From: a virus | Taxonomy: Duplodnaviria > Caudoviricetes | Direction: 5' to 3' (one strand) | Virus record (IMG/VR): IMGVR_UViG_3300010998_000002 | Location: 32,001 to 96,000 of that record | DNA: 64,000 nucleotides | In this document: in pieces, positions 49,069 through 60,000 of the stretch | Layout of the letters: each line of letters starts with the position of its first letter | Position numbering within the stretch: the first letter of the stretch is position 1 | Position numbers and translations under genes: made by a program | Notes under the pieces: generated by a model | Seen by the model: the letters and a program-made list of their open reading frames with translations, nothing else | What the model was told of the DNA's origin: nothing | The model's database searches: none

Positions 49069-50220
49069 TTATGCTTGATATACTAAATTAATTTCAACTT
49101 TCTTTGCGTTAAGTGCTATTTCAACATGCGCTTGAACAACAAAGCATTTTTCAGCAAATTTAGATGCAAATTGTTCTTTAACAGTTTGTCTTGAAAGAAC
49201 TTTTAATTCTTGACCTTTTTGCAAAGTGCCATCTTCCGATAAACTATCAGATGCAATTAATTCTTCATTTTGTAACTGTTTCAAAACTGCTTTTAATTTG
49301 CCTTCAAGTAATGCTCCACCCCTATCATCATAAGGCGGTTTCATTTCAAGAGCATCCATACCAGCAGATTGTAAATTCAAGATAATTCTATCTAAAATAA
49401 CTTGCTGTTGAATTTCATCACCATTACTCATATAACCACCAGCAGTTAAAACTCTTGTCATATAAGAGCCTGCTTGTCCGATATATGGAGTATAGTAGTT
49501 TACATAGTTTTTGTCTAATTTAGATTTCTGATTATCTGATAATTCATCTTTTGTAATTCCAGACGGTTTATCAAATACACCGGAAATTCTACCAGGTGTG
49601 CCAAAACAATGTATAGCACCCATAGCACCATTTAAAAATTCATCAGTTAATTCATGGTAATATAAAACACCTTTTGTGTTTTTGTCAGCCAATCTTTTAG
49701 CGATGTTGTCTATTTCTTCTTCGCCACTTTCGCCTTCAACTGTAACTTTTCCATCTGTTAAAACTTCTGGCTCATTTGTTTGAGCATGAGGGATTTTTCT
49801 TTTATCAGCAAAATAACCCATAAATGACATAATATCTTCATCGTCAGCAGAAGTTAAAACCCAATGATAAGCATCTGTATAACCTATACGGATTAACGCA
49901 GATTCAATATCGTTGTCGGTTGATAACACTTGACAAATGGCAACTTTTTCTACAGCAGATTTGTTCATACCTGTATTTACTTTTTGTGTAAATACATCTT
50001 TTGCACACTTGTAAACAGGGTGCGTAGTAGGAAATTTCTCACCAACTCCTGTAAGTGATTCAAATTCTTCATATCCATCTGTGGAGAAAGTTTGACCTTC
50101 AAGCAAATCAGAATTTTCAAATCTTGCTACAATTGCCAAATTTTTGAAATAACCATCAATACTTGTTGTGATTATTTCTTGCTCATTGACGATTATGATG
50201 TTATCAATATTTGTACTCAT
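49069..50220 (-). CDS. Tail sheath protein (DUF3383-like)
   Basis: KPSGIT, NYY, GYMSNGDEI, KPPYDDRG; synteny. Confidence 0.75.
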   Translation of the reverse strand: MSTNIDNIIIVNEQEIITTSIDGYFKNLAIVARFENSDLLEGQTFSTDGYEEFESLTGVGEKFPTTHPVYKCAKDVFTQKVNTGMNKSAVEKVAICQVLSTDNDIESALIRIGYTDAYHWVLTSADDEDIMSFMGYFADKRKIPHAQTNEPEVLTDGKVTVEGESGEEEIDNIAKRLADKNTKGVLYYHELTDEFLNGAMGAIHCFGTPGRISGVFDKPSGITKDELSDNQKSKLDKNYVNYYTPYIGQAGSYMTRVLTAGGYMSNGDEIQQQVILDRIILNLQSAGMDALEMKPPYDDRGGALLEGKLKAVLKQLQNEELIASDSLSEDGTLQKGQELKVLSRQTVKEQFASKFAEKCFVVQAHVEIALNAKKVEINLVYQA

Positions 50221-50258
50221 TAATCGTTTCTCCTATATTTACAATTTTTTATTACTTT

Positions 50259-50936
50259 TTAATTTGTATCTATATCAAAATCTACAGATTGTGCAATTCC
50301 ATCTTCATCTTCGTATTGCACTTCGGCATATATACCATGAGCCACATCCTGTTCACGTTTAGAAATTTGGTCGTATCTAAACACACAAGAAAAACGATTT
50401 GTATGCCTACTTTTTGTATCTTCAAAAATGCTAATATCTGTTATTTCGGATAAATTCTTATTCTGGGAGCATACCAAAATAGGAGTTAAATAATCATTTT
50501 CATAACAGAAATAATCCGAAGCCGAGCCAGACTTCAATAACATTCTTAAATATGAACAAGCGTTGTGTGATAAATTTTGAGCCTGCAACGCTGTTAAGTT
50601 TAAATTTTTATTTTTCATTGAACTAACCGTAAAATTTACAGTTATTTCATGAAATTCTTGCATTTTATAATAATATTTACCATCTGTATCTTGATAAAAT
50701 TCGTCATCAACACCCCAATTTACTGTTTCATCGCTTATCACGTCTAAATAGCAATAAGTAGCATCTAATGGTCTATCTTTAACGGTATCAGACCAAAATA
50801 CATTTGGTGAATTTTTTATTGTTTCTCCATCTAGGTTTACATAACTAGATAGATTAAAATATTCGGGAAATTCGGCATGAAGGGTATTATATGCCCATTT
50901 TAAAACTGCCGTTTTAAATAAACTTATTTCATTCAT
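50259..50936 (-). CDS. Tail terminator / neck protein
   Basis: Synteny upstream of sheath. Confidence 0.5.
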   Translation of the reverse strand: MNEISLFKTAVLKWAYNTLHAEFPEYFNLSSYVNLDGETIKNSPNVFWSDTVKDRPLDATYCYLDVISDETVNWGVDDEFYQDTDGKYYYKMQEFHEITVNFTVSSMKNKNLNLTALQAQNLSHNACSYLRMLLKSGSASDYFCYENDYLTPILVCSQNKNLSEITDISIFEDTKSRHTNRFSCVFRYDQISKREQDVAHGIYAEVQYEDEDGIAQSVDFDIDTN

Positions 50937-51351
50937 CTAATAATGCACCTACTGTTCCTAACGATGTTTCTTCTTCGCCAATATAAGTTCTATAACAATG
51001 AACGATACCGCCTGCCGTCATAGGCTGACTAGGAACAATAACTTTAAATTTAACATTGTCAAATAAAGAAGTTATTGTTGCACCATTTGGAATAGGCTTT
51101 TTAGAAAAAATACGTCTAGTAACTTTACTTCGTAAACCTTCCGGAATATCTTTTAAATCATCTTTATAATTAATTGGAATTAATGCCAAATTAATAGGTG
51201 TATCAACAGATTCGCCTTCAATTTCACCTTCTTCAAAATCATAAGTAATTTCTGATGGTACGGAAATTATACAGGGTTGCGCACCTAAATTATGGTCTAT
51301 CATATCATCAACTACTTTTTTAAACTTATTCCAATTTGGTGGTAACGGCAT
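50929..51351 (-). CDS. Head closure-like protein
   Basis: Synteny; LKDIPEG motif. Confidence 0.5.
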   Translation of the reverse strand: MPLPPNWNKFKKVVDDMIDHNLGAQPCIISVPSEITYDFEEGEIEGESVDTPINLALIPINYKDDLKDIPEGLRSKVTRRIFSKKPIPNGATITSLFDNVKFKVIVPSQPMTAGGIVHCYRTYIGEEETSLGTVGALLDE

Positions 51352-51354
51352 TGT

Positions 51355-52014
51355 TTATTTCCTATTAAATTCTGCTATCATTTTATCTATTTGAGTTAAA
51401 AATTTTAGGCTTTGTTCTTTAACCATTCCGGATTCTGCGGTTCGTTTATTTTTACCACGAATAGCCTGTAACATTTTTGAACTATCTATTAATGGAAAAT
51501 CAAAACCTTTAATTTTTTGTGTAATTTCAGAGTTTCGTGCCTGTTGATTAGTCATTACTTCTCTTTGTTTTACTGCCATTTCTTCTGCAATTGCATCTAT
51601 GACATGTTTGGAATTTGTACGACCACCACGAATTGTTGTTTTATTAAGATAAGTTATAATAAACGCCCTTACTCTATCTCGCATATCATTCCACGCATCC
51701 TTTAACTTCCATAACATAATAAATGGTCGTGATGGTCGGTGTAAAATTGCACCCTTTGGAATAGTAATTGTATCTCCATCTGCCGTAGGAATAGTGGCTG
51801 TTTTAGTTTGTGTCCAACTAGCATCAGTTTCTAAAACACTTGCTAATTTGGCTAATTTTATTTTTTTATTTCCACTACCGGCAGATACCCATTGCCTACC
51901 CTCTTGTCGCCAAATTCCAGAACAAGCAGAAAAAGCCTGTAACCAAATAATTTTTTTGACTAAATTCTTTAAACCTTTTCTCTTGCAAATAATTTGTACG
52001 GTTGATTGCGCCAT
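51355..52014 (-). CDS. Neck / tail completion protein
   Basis: PSRPFI, NSEITQKIKGFDFPLIDS. Confidence 0.6.
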   Translation of the reverse strand: MAQSTVQIICKRKGLKNLVKKIIWLQAFSACSGIWRQEGRQWVSAGSGNKKIKLAKLASVLETDASWTQTKTATIPTADGDTITIPKGAILHRPSRPFIMLWKLKDAWNDMRDRVRAFIITYLNKTTIRGGRTNSKHVIDAIAEEMAVKQREVMTNQQARNSEITQKIKGFDFPLIDSSKMLQAIRGKNKRTAESGMVKEQSLKFLTQIDKMIAEFNRK

Positions 52015-52018
52015 TTAT

Positions 52019-52480
52019 TTATCCTTCGTAATAAGGGCCGGTCTGTTCATCGTTATTTCTACGAACTTCGTATTCTAAATCAGAAGTTTTAGGCGGTATA
52101 ATTTCGCCATCTTTCATTCTTTGATAATTTTCATGCCTATCTTCCTGATAAATTCCAAAGGTATATGGCACGCCAGCACACAATGGATTTAAACCATCTT
52201 TAATACTTTGCTCTAGGTTGTTAAGCAATGTTTGATAATTGCTTGCTTTTGATTTACCTTCTTCATACTCAATTGTATCAAGACGATATGTATCGCCACC
52301 ACTACTAGCATATTTTGATACTAATGCTCGTAAAGCCATAATTGCAGATTGAACAAGATTGCAATATGACATTTGGTAATATGCTTCTAACTGTTCATTG
52401 GAAAATTCAAAAGCATCTTCATTTGTATCATTAATTAAGGCTCTAATTTGCCCTATGTAATTTGTGTAATCTACAGCCAT
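52019..52480 (-). CDS. Head-tail adaptor protein
   Basis: QIRALINDT...FSNEQL motif; synteny. Confidence 0.6.
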   Translation of the reverse strand: MAVDYTNYIGQIRALINDTNEDAFEFSNEQLEAYYQMSYCNLVQSAIMALRALVSKYASSGGDTYRLDTIEYEEGKSKASNYQTLLNNLEQSIKDGLNPLCAGVPYTFGIYQEDRHENYQRMKDGEIIPPKTSDLEYEVRRNNDEQTGPYYEG

Positions 52481-52485
52481 TGATA

Positions 52486-53019
52486 TTACTTACCTAAAAC
52501 TTTTAAAATTTCTTTCTTTGTTTTTAAAGGCACTTTTTTTCTCATGTCCTTAACTTCTATACCCAACTTATCAAAAATCGTCTTTTTGAAAGTTATTTTA
52601 TCCAAACCCAATTTTTGAGCAAGTATAGTGTACGTTTCAGAGGTCGTTTTTTTAGCCTTTTGATTTTTTGATTTATTTGATGAAGTATTTTTTTGTGGTT
52701 TAAATATTTTTTGAATATAACCTACATAACATAAATTTTTAATTACTTCATCACTTGTATTTTGTATATCTTCATCTGCAATTTTTTCACCAACTTGATA
52801 ATATTTTCCATTAAGCATAATATCTGGATATTGGCAAATAAATTTGCATAACTTATTTTCAATTTCTTCAAAGCATCCATGTTCATCAAGTTCTACATGT
52901 ACTTCATGAAAAGGATTATATAAAAATATATCGCCTGCTTTATAAGAAGGCATAGCCATTTGATTAAGACTAGGGATGTCATAACGACATTTCATTGGTA
53001 TTAAAATTTCTTCCATCAT
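52486..53019 (-). CDS. Hypothetical protein with basic C-terminus
   Basis: ORF after the capsid gene. Confidence 0.65.
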   Translation of the reverse strand: MMEEILIPMKCRYDIPSLNQMAMPSYKAGDIFLYNPFHEVHVELDEHGCFEEIENKLCKFICQYPDIMLNGKYYQVGEKIADEDIQNTSDEVIKNLCYVGYIQKIFKPQKNTSSNKSKNQKAKKTTSETYTILAQKLGLDKITFKKTIFDKLGIEVKDMRKKVPLKTKKEILKVLGK

Positions 53020-53039
53020 ATCATTTTTCCTTAAAAGTG

Positions 53040-53180
53040 TAAAAAGAAAGTGGGTGTTTAACGAAAGGGATTACACCCACTATTAACTGTACGAGGATTT
53101 AACAAGTGGGATAAAAAATCCCACAAGTCATAATCCACTATATAAAACATATTAGGCTTACATAATGTAACCTAATACCT
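53040..53180 (-). terminator. Hairpin cluster / terminator after the major capsid gene
   Basis: GTGGGTGT/ACACCCAC, GTGGGAT/ATCCCAC and ATTAGG/CCTAAT stems; U-rich tail on minus strand. Confidence 0.6.
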
Positions 53181-53191
53181 ACGCTACATCA

Positions 53192-54151
53192 TTAAGATAT
53201 AACATTTGTCAAAAGAACTGCGCCTTCTTCCATTGAAACAACAATTGTGAAGTCTTGTACTACACGAATAACATCAGCAGTAATTTTTTCTTCACGATAT
53301 GTTTGAATGATGATACCGTTAGAACCAGCACCATAAGTGTTAGTGTTGTAGAAACATTTAACAGCAGATGGATTAGTAGCACCAGCAACATCACCTTTGT
53401 AGTATAACAATGCTACATTAGAAGTTGCGATAGTTCCGATAGTTTGTTGTGCCTGTCCATCAGCAGTAGTTGTTTCGCAACCAGCCATGATGTAAAGGTT
53501 TTTCAAACCGAAGAATTGAGCCAATTTTTGTGCTGTCAATTCTTTATCAGCATCACATCTTAATCTAGCCAAGATAGTTGCATTTTCAGTTAATGCGTTA
53601 AATATATCTTCTGTGATTAAAAGTGAATCTGGGTTTACGCCTAAAGCATGTTTGATTTCAAGTTTCATTTTCTTGATGTCTGCGATAGGATTAGAGTTAG
53701 CAACATCCCATTTAATGAATTGTTTGCCTGTTGCTCCAGATGCTACGCCAGAATATACATGAGAGAAGTTTGCAGAAGTTAATTTTTCAGCAAGTCTAAT
53801 GTCAAATTGTGCATAAGCATCTTCTACCATTTTTGCAGAGGTATCTTCTGCTTCGTTTGCAAGTCTGTTTCTGTCGCCGATAGGAATTTCATATCCTTCT
53901 TGTTCGCAAGCAAACTGTTTTTCTTTAACGCCAAGATTTACTCTCTTGAACTCTGTACCTTCTGCTCTTTTTTCTATATTACGTCTGCGGAAATCGCTTG
54001 CAGACCAAACTTTGTAATTGCCGTTAAATACTTCCGTAGGAATCATCGGAATAGCACCGTTTACAACGGCAAAATCTTCTCTACCTTCCAAAAGTGCGAT
54101 AGCACGTTTTGTTAGGGTTTCGTCAAATTGTGCATCAGTATGTTGTATCAT
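53192..54151 (-). CDS. Major capsid protein
   Basis: 319 aa, KWDVANSNPIADI, GVNPDSLL; high-expression codon usage; synteny. Confidence 0.8.
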   Translation of the reverse strand: MIQHTDAQFDETLTKRAIALLEGREDFAVVNGAIPMIPTEVFNGNYKVWSASDFRRRNIEKRAEGTEFKRVNLGVKEKQFACEQEGYEIPIGDRNRLANEAEDTSAKMVEDAYAQFDIRLAEKLTSANFSHVYSGVASGATGKQFIKWDVANSNPIADIKKMKLEIKHALGVNPDSLLITEDIFNALTENATILARLRCDADKELTAQKLAQFFGLKNLYIMAGCETTTADGQAQQTIGTIATSNVALLYYKGDVAGATNPSAVKCFYNTNTYGAGSNGIIIQTYREEKITADVIRVVQDFTIVVSMEEGAVLLTNVIS

Positions 54152-54200
54152 TTTAATTACTCCTAACTTTTAAATTTACTCTACTTTTTGCTTTTACCAA

Positions 54201-54533
54201 TTAAAGTACCACTACATAGATAAGGTCATTTTCAGCACCATCTTCTAATGCTTTTGCAACAGCCAAAGCACTTTCAGCCTGTTCAACGAACTTACCATTT
54301 GCATCAACTGCGAGCAATGCACCAAAATCAACAGCACCACCCAATTTTGCCTTTGTGATTTCGCCTACCATAGCGACACCAACTGCTTTTCCTTCTTTGC
54401 CGTCATTCATAAGAATACCCAAGCAATCTACTCCTGCTTCACCAGCAATTTCAACGCCATTTGCGCCTGCTACGATAGCAAATCCGTATTTTCCGGTTAA
54501 ATCTTCACCAGCAATAAATGATTTCTTTGCCAT
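54201..54533 (-). CDS. Capsid decoration/cement protein (DUF2190-like)
   Basis: Ala/Gly-rich, AGEDL, VDANGK, AKALE. Confidence 0.7.
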   Translation of the reverse strand: MAKKSFIAGEDLTGKYGFAIVAGANGVEIAGEAGVDCLGILMNDGKEGKAVGVAMVGEITKAKLGGAVDFGALLAVDANGKFVEQAESALAVAKALEDGAENDLIYVVVL

Positions 54534-54575
54534 TTTTAATTTCTCCTAATTTTTTATATCAAATCTTAATTTCTA

Positions 54576-55625
54576 TTATTTTCTGTTACGAACTTTACTA
54601 GAAAACTTTTTAGCATCAGCCAAAGTTCTATCACCATTTACATAAAGAAATGCTTGATTTTCTGTTAAACCATGCTCTTTCATAGCCTGTTCAACTTTTG
54701 CATTTTTTTCTGCATTTTCGTCAATTTCAACTTCATTATCATGTCCAATTTCTTCACAATCTTTAAGATTTTTAACTGACAATTGTTTTAATGAATTAAA
54801 AATAACTTTTTTAGTATCTTCTGATAAAGCAGAATTTTTGATTTCAAAAATCATATCAACTTTATCTTCTAATTTTCCTGGAACACCACCAAAGTCTTTT
54901 TCAACTTCTTTAGATAAAGCCATTTTTTGCAATTCTAATTCTTTTTCAGCCTTTTCAGCCTTTAAGTTTTCAATTTCTTGCAATAATTGGTCTTTTTCAG
55001 ATTCTTGAACTTCATCAGTAGTTTCCGGTATTTGAATTTCGTTTACTTCTGTAACTTCAACAGAGTTTTCTTCACCTTCTTCAACTTGCTCTTGTTCTTC
55101 CGGTTGTTCTTCTGTTTCTTCTACTTCTTCCGCCGGTTGTTCTTCTTCAACAACTTCTTCTTCTGGTTCTTCTTCAACAGGTTCTTCTTGTCCATCTTCG
55201 GCAATTTCTTCTTCTGCCTGTTCTGTTTCTACGGTTTCATCATCAGATGGCTCATTTTCTTCTGATTCATTGCTAGGTTGTTCGTCTTGCTCTTGACTTT
55301 CAACTTCCGTTTCTTCTGATACAGATTCTTCCTGGACATCCTCGTTTACTTCTGCGGTTTCTTCTGTAACGACTTCATCTTTAATACCTAATGCAGATTT
55401 TACAGCATCTACAACTGTATTGATTTTATCTAAAATCAAATCATTTTTTTCTTGTTCCATTTTTAATGTATTCTCCTTATTCGTACTTGCTATGCTAGGT
55501 GCAATGTCAATAGTTTTAAGAACATCATCAGTAGTTAATTCTTTTAATTGTTCTTGCTCTTGTTCATCCTCTAGTTTTTGCATACTTTTAGAGAACCACA
55601 TTGTAGTCGGATTAAACATTTTCAT
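54576..55625 (-). CDS. Scaffolding protein
   Basis: Long Glu-rich tract plus coiled coil between protease and capsid. Confidence 0.65.
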   Translation of the reverse strand: MKMFNPTTMWFSKSMQKLEDEQEQEQLKELTTDDVLKTIDIAPSIASTNKENTLKMEQEKNDLILDKINTVVDAVKSALGIKDEVVTEETAEVNEDVQEESVSEETEVESQEQDEQPSNESEENEPSDDETVETEQAEEEIAEDGQEEPVEEEPEEEVVEEEQPAEEVEETEEQPEEQEQVEEGEENSVEVTEVNEIQIPETTDEVQESEKDQLLQEIENLKAEKAEKELELQKMALSKEVEKDFGGVPGKLEDKVDMIFEIKNSALSEDTKKVIFNSLKQLSVKNLKDCEEIGHDNEVEIDENAEKNAKVEQAMKEHGLTENQAFLYVNGDRTLADAKKFSSKVRNRK

Positions 55626-55732
55626 CTTTGCACCTTCCTCTCTTTTACACTAATGTTTTTTAACACATTCGGAGCATCTTTTGGCTTTTCCGCAATGGTT
55701 AGTTTTACATTTTTAGGATTGGTTATAATCAT
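55622..55732 (-). CDS. 36 aa protein (MIITNPKNVKLTIAEKPK...)
   Basis: GGAGAGG RBS; ATGA overlaps with both neighbours; below ORF-track cutoff. Confidence 0.5.
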   Translation of the reverse strand: MIITNPKNVKLTIAEKPKDAPNVLKNISVKERKVQR

Positions 55733-56364
55733 AATGTACCCCCTCTCCTATTTTCAAAAGGAAAGTCATTATTATAACCGAGTTCATATTGGTTTTTTCT
55801 AGCCAAATACTCGTCATAAATTTTATCTAATGACAATAATGCTGTTGCTCTACTCATTTTAATATCAGCAAATCTATGTCTTATTGTTTCATCTGCCGAT
55901 AACCACAAATCAGCGTTATTTATTTCTTTTATTAAGTTTTGAGTGTAGCCTTTTTCTCTATCTGCATTTTTATCAAAAGTTCCATAAACCAATTCGTCAG
56001 TTGTTCTTTGAATATTTTTTGCTTCTGATACAATGTCAGATGTTTTACCCCAAGCCATTCCACTTGCTTCGTGAATAAGCATTTTGGTATTTGCACCAAT
56101 TACCCTTAAACCTGGAGTTCCTGCTGTGGCTAAACAAGCACCACAACTTGCTACAATTCCACTTGCTATTGTAATAGTATCTTTTGGACTATCTTGTATT
56201 AAATCTAGTAAAACACTTAAACACCAACAATAACCACCTGGACTATCTACTACAATAACATTATAGCGTTGGTCGGGATTAGCCTGCATTTGTATAAAGG
56301 CATTTGTATAAAGGTCGTTATATGCCGGATGAAAGGTGTTTACGGTTAAATAACTAATTCCCAT
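55729..56364 (-). CDS. ClpP-like prohead protease
   Basis: DSPGG, VASCG, MLIHE, DLWLSADE. Confidence 0.85.
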   Translation of the reverse strand: MGISYLTVNTFHPAYNDLYTNAFIQMQANPDQRYNVIVVDSPGGYCWCLSVLLDLIQDSPKDTITIASGIVASCGACLATAGTPGLRVIGANTKMLIHEASGMAWGKTSDIVSEAKNIQRTTDELVYGTFDKNADREKGYTQNLIKEINNADLWLSADETIRHRFADIKMSRATALLSLDKIYDEYLARKNQYELGYNNDFPFENRRGGTL

Positions 56365-57803
56365 TATTTATCCTCATCTTCTTTTTTCTGTTCATCATCT
56401 TCTATTGGTTCTGCTTCGTCTGGATTGACAGCACTATCGGCTGTTTTTTCCGCTAATTCTTCTGAACCGTATGCCCAAGTATTGACTTCTCTACGTCTTT
56501 GATAGTTATCAAATTCTTCTTGTGTTATAGTAGGTGTATCATTACCAAGTAATCGTTTCAGAATTGCGTTACACATACCTAATGTTGGCGGTACTAAACC
56601 AGATTTATCGGCAGATTGAATAAATAACATTAAGTTAGTTAAATCCAAATCACCAATTTCAGAAAATTCAATAGTTGGCATAAGAGATAAATCTATTAAA
56701 TTCTTTTCCAAAAGCGTTGGAATTAATTTAAAATTGATTACTCTTTTTATTTCATCTAGCATTTCTTTTACTAAATTAGTAAAAATTTTAATTTTAGATT
56801 GTGAAAAACTACCAGAAATACCAGATTTTTGTGCTGTTAAAAAGAAATCAGATAATAATGCAACGGAGATATTTCTATCTTCTCTTGCGATAATTTTATC
56901 TGCATCTGGTATATTTCCTGCTCCACTAGAAATAATGCCTACTTTAATATATTCTGGATGTGCAATTGCTACGTCTGTACCGGCTCTAATATTTTGCGCC
57001 GTATCTTTTATCCATTTTTGAGTTTGTAAATATGCAGGGTTTTTTGTTGTAGGGTCTAGGATTGGTGCTGGCGCTTGAATATCCAGCAACCCATCAAATC
57101 CTCTCTCATATCGTATATCTTCATTTAAAGAAGTCCGCTTTTTCTTTAAATACGGTGTTACACAATTGAGATATAAACTAACACCCTCTGGATTATTATT
57201 AAAACTACGATGTTTGAAGTGTAAAAGTTTTTCATAAGGAATTTCTTTTTCTTCAAATTTATTGGGGTCTTTTTGGCTCACGCTAATTATATTGCGGTAG
57301 TTTTCGTCATAATTCCACTTTGTAATACTGCCCTGATAACGAGATGCTAGTTTTGCTAACCCTATAAGTCCATCGTCAAACTTTGAACTTTTATCTTTAT
57401 CCTTATTTTCTCCGTTTCTAACCTTATAAACAGGTTCTATAATAGCAAAGCCATACTGTGAGGCGGTTAAAGCATTAGCAATTACTTCTTGAAACGAATG
57501 ATTAAGGTCTTGAAATAAACATTGGTCTATAAAATCTGCAATTTTTTTTGCTTCGGCTGTATCATCTTTAGGTTTTATACTCCATTTAACAGAAGATGCA
57601 GTTGATTGATACATATTATTAAAAGCACCAATGGTTGAGTCAAATTTAACCATTTCTTCTAATAATTTTATCTTTTTCGGCCCCCGTAATGGAATTATAC
57701 TTTCTTCTCTTACTTTTCCATTACTAATGGCTATACCTGTATAACCTAATTCTTCGCCAACAGTTTTTTTTGTTTTATAACTTGTACGATTTCTTTTTGA
57801 CAT
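56364..57803 (-). CDS. Portal protein
   Basis: Follows TerL; YGFAIIEPVYK, IPYEKLLHF, NPEGVS. Confidence 0.82.
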   Translation of the reverse strand: MSKRNRTSYKTKKTVGEELGYTGIAISNGKVREESIIPLRGPKKIKLLEEMVKFDSTIGAFNNMYQSTASSVKWSIKPKDDTAEAKKIADFIDQCLFQDLNHSFQEVIANALTASQYGFAIIEPVYKVRNGENKDKDKSSKFDDGLIGLAKLASRYQGSITKWNYDENYRNIISVSQKDPNKFEEKEIPYEKLLHFKHRSFNNNPEGVSLYLNCVTPYLKKKRTSLNEDIRYERGFDGLLDIQAPAPILDPTTKNPAYLQTQKWIKDTAQNIRAGTDVAIAHPEYIKVGIISSGAGNIPDADKIIAREDRNISVALLSDFFLTAQKSGISGSFSQSKIKIFTNLVKEMLDEIKRVINFKLIPTLLEKNLIDLSLMPTIEFSEIGDLDLTNLMLFIQSADKSGLVPPTLGMCNAILKRLLGNDTPTITQEEFDNYQRRREVNTWAYGSEELAEKTADSAVNPDEAEPIEDDEQKKEDEDK

Positions 57804-59518
57804 TATAAAATCCCATCATTAGAAATGTTGATTGCGCCAAATGCACATGGCATATAAAAATCATCTCCCATTTCAGCACAAGCGAATACAATACTGTCTG
57901 CCAAGTCTGATGACCTATCTATTTTGTTTTTAAGTTCCGCCTTACTGATAATTTTAATCTTACCACTTTCGTTACGGCTATAAGTAATTGCAGACAACTC
58001 TTGTCGTAACATTACCGAATCTGGTAATAATAATGGTAATTTACCCTGTGATTCCGGTACTTGTGGTCTTAAAGGATTCATTAAAGTTCTTAAATTCCAC
58101 CATACTTCATCACGTTTACGAGAAAATGTTTTTTTGCGTTCATCATTTTCTGCTTTATTAAAAATAAAATCTGTATCTTGTTGTCCTGCTCCACCACCTG
58201 TTTGAATGCCAAACACCGGTAGTCCAGAATCTTTTAATATTAAATATTTATCTCGCCCAACACCATCTTGTTCTATGTTAATGCGATTAACTTCATATTG
58301 TTTATGAAGTTCAGTGATTTTAGCGATTAAATCAAATAACTCTAAATTAAATGTTTGAGCAAAAACAATTTTATTACCATTTCTTATTGCTATTGCTGAT
58401 TTATCGTTTCCTGTACCCTGTCCGATGTCGCAACCCATTACTATTTCTCCAGGTTGCCAATAACTATCATTATGATAATTATTCATCGCTTGATTTATCC
58501 AATCTTGTGGAAATACAGCGTTTTCATCTCCGCTAGGAAATTCAGCCAAGCAACGAGTTTTAAATTCATAAGAATCTGGTGTACCACCATAATCCATTAA
58601 AATTCTATATGCTTGAATTGGATTAATCAACCATTTAGAAAATGGTAATAATGCTTGTTTAACATCATTTTCCCAACCGGACAAATTATCTTCTTGTTTG
58701 TATTTATAATAATTAGTTTTACAATATTTGTCTAATTTATTGCGCCAATAGGTTGGGTCTTTTTCATCTTTTAAATAATCTTCAAGTTTAATATTTGGAT
58801 TAATAAAATTAGGTGTATCAAAACAACTAATTTTAATTTGATGCCATTCGGAATTTTCTTTAAAACTATTAAAAAATGTTCCGAAATTGCCATTAGGTAA
58901 TGTTGTGTTTCCAATCATTACTTTCTTAACAATTAAGCCAGAAGATGTAATACCTTCAAAATCAGAAAATGCACTATCACTTATACCCTGTGCTTCATCA
59001 AAGATACATAAAACATAAGTGCCATGTTTACCTACATTTTTATTCTCGCCTTCGGTAGAAACACCCATAATGTAGTTTTTATTTCCATAGCGAATTTCTG
59101 CTAGGTTTTTATTTTCAGACAGTTTACCAAAAAGAGTAATTTCTGGATTACCTGTTAATTCTCTTAATTTTTCGGTAGCCTGTGCGATAAATGCTCTTAT
59201 AGGATTATATACATTCTCTCTAACCTGTGCAAAATTAGGTGCTGTAAACAAAACTATTGTATTATCAACATCATCTTCCAAATAGCAATAAAAAAACCAT
59301 ATTGCTACAGCAGATAAAAGTGTAGATTTACCAACTGCGTTTGCAGAACGAATTGTTACGTTATTGTGTTTAACAATTGCAGATAACATTTTCTTTTGGT
59401 GATATGCTAGATTAAGTCCTAGAATTTCACTCATAAATTCTGCTGGATGTGTTCGCCAATATTGACGTTTACTCGCCAATTCATCAAGAGTATATTTTTT
59501 CTTTTGTTTATCAGCCAT
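57803..59518 (-). CDS. terL: Terminase large subunit
   Basis: RSANAVGKS, IFDEAQG, IGN, GCDIG...DKS, RSSDLADS. Confidence 0.9.
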   Translation of the reverse strand: MADKQKKKYTLDELASKRQYWRTHPAEFMSEILGLNLAYHQKKMLSAIVKHNNVTIRSANAVGKSTLLSAVAIWFFYCYLEDDVDNTIVLFTAPNFAQVRENVYNPIRAFIAQATEKLRELTGNPEITLFGKLSENKNLAEIRYGNKNYIMGVSTEGENKNVGKHGTYVLCIFDEAQGISDSAFSDFEGITSSGLIVKKVMIGNTTLPNGNFGTFFNSFKENSEWHQIKISCFDTPNFINPNIKLEDYLKDEKDPTYWRNKLDKYCKTNYYKYKQEDNLSGWENDVKQALLPFSKWLINPIQAYRILMDYGGTPDSYEFKTRCLAEFPSGDENAVFPQDWINQAMNNYHNDSYWQPGEIVMGCDIGQGTGNDKSAIAIRNGNKIVFAQTFNLELFDLIAKITELHKQYEVNRINIEQDGVGRDKYLILKDSGLPVFGIQTGGGAGQQDTDFIFNKAENDERKKTFSRKRDEVWWNLRTLMNPLRPQVPESQGKLPLLLPDSVMLRQELSAITYSRNESGKIKIISKAELKNKIDRSSDLADSIVFACAEMGDDFYMPCAFGAINISNDGIL

Positions 59519-59699
59519 ATAATCCTTAAAGTGTCAGCATCCTTAATAAAAAGTGCCAAAATAAAAATGAATTAAAATAAAACCTTTGTACTATTTTGGC
59601 ACATAAACACTTTTAAGGATGATTGATAGTATTATTTTCTCTTTCTAAAAATGTTATACTCACTATTTTAAAAAGTGTAAACTTTTTGCTTAAAATATT

Positions 59700-60000
59700 A
59701 TAATTATTTAATACTATTAAAACAGTTATAAACCAATAGTAATCTATATTATAAGATATATGATATTTAATTATATAAATATTAAAGTTCATGAACTTAA
59801 AGTATATATAATTTTAGGTATATTTAATTTAATTATATAATTTTCTTCTTTATTTTATCTTGAAATAAAATAAAGAAGAAAAACTAGAGTGTATATAATT
59901 GGAGTGTATAATAATTAAGTTTATATTAATTAAAGTTTATGAACATGTAGTTAATATATTAAGATGTTTATATATAAGGTGCTTATATAATAAGGGAGTT
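59700..60000. repeat. AT-rich repeat cluster B, related to cluster A
   Basis: AAGTTCATGAACTT at 59785; GAGTGTATA twice; 17-bp inverted repeat 59841-57/59866-82. Confidence 0.7.
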
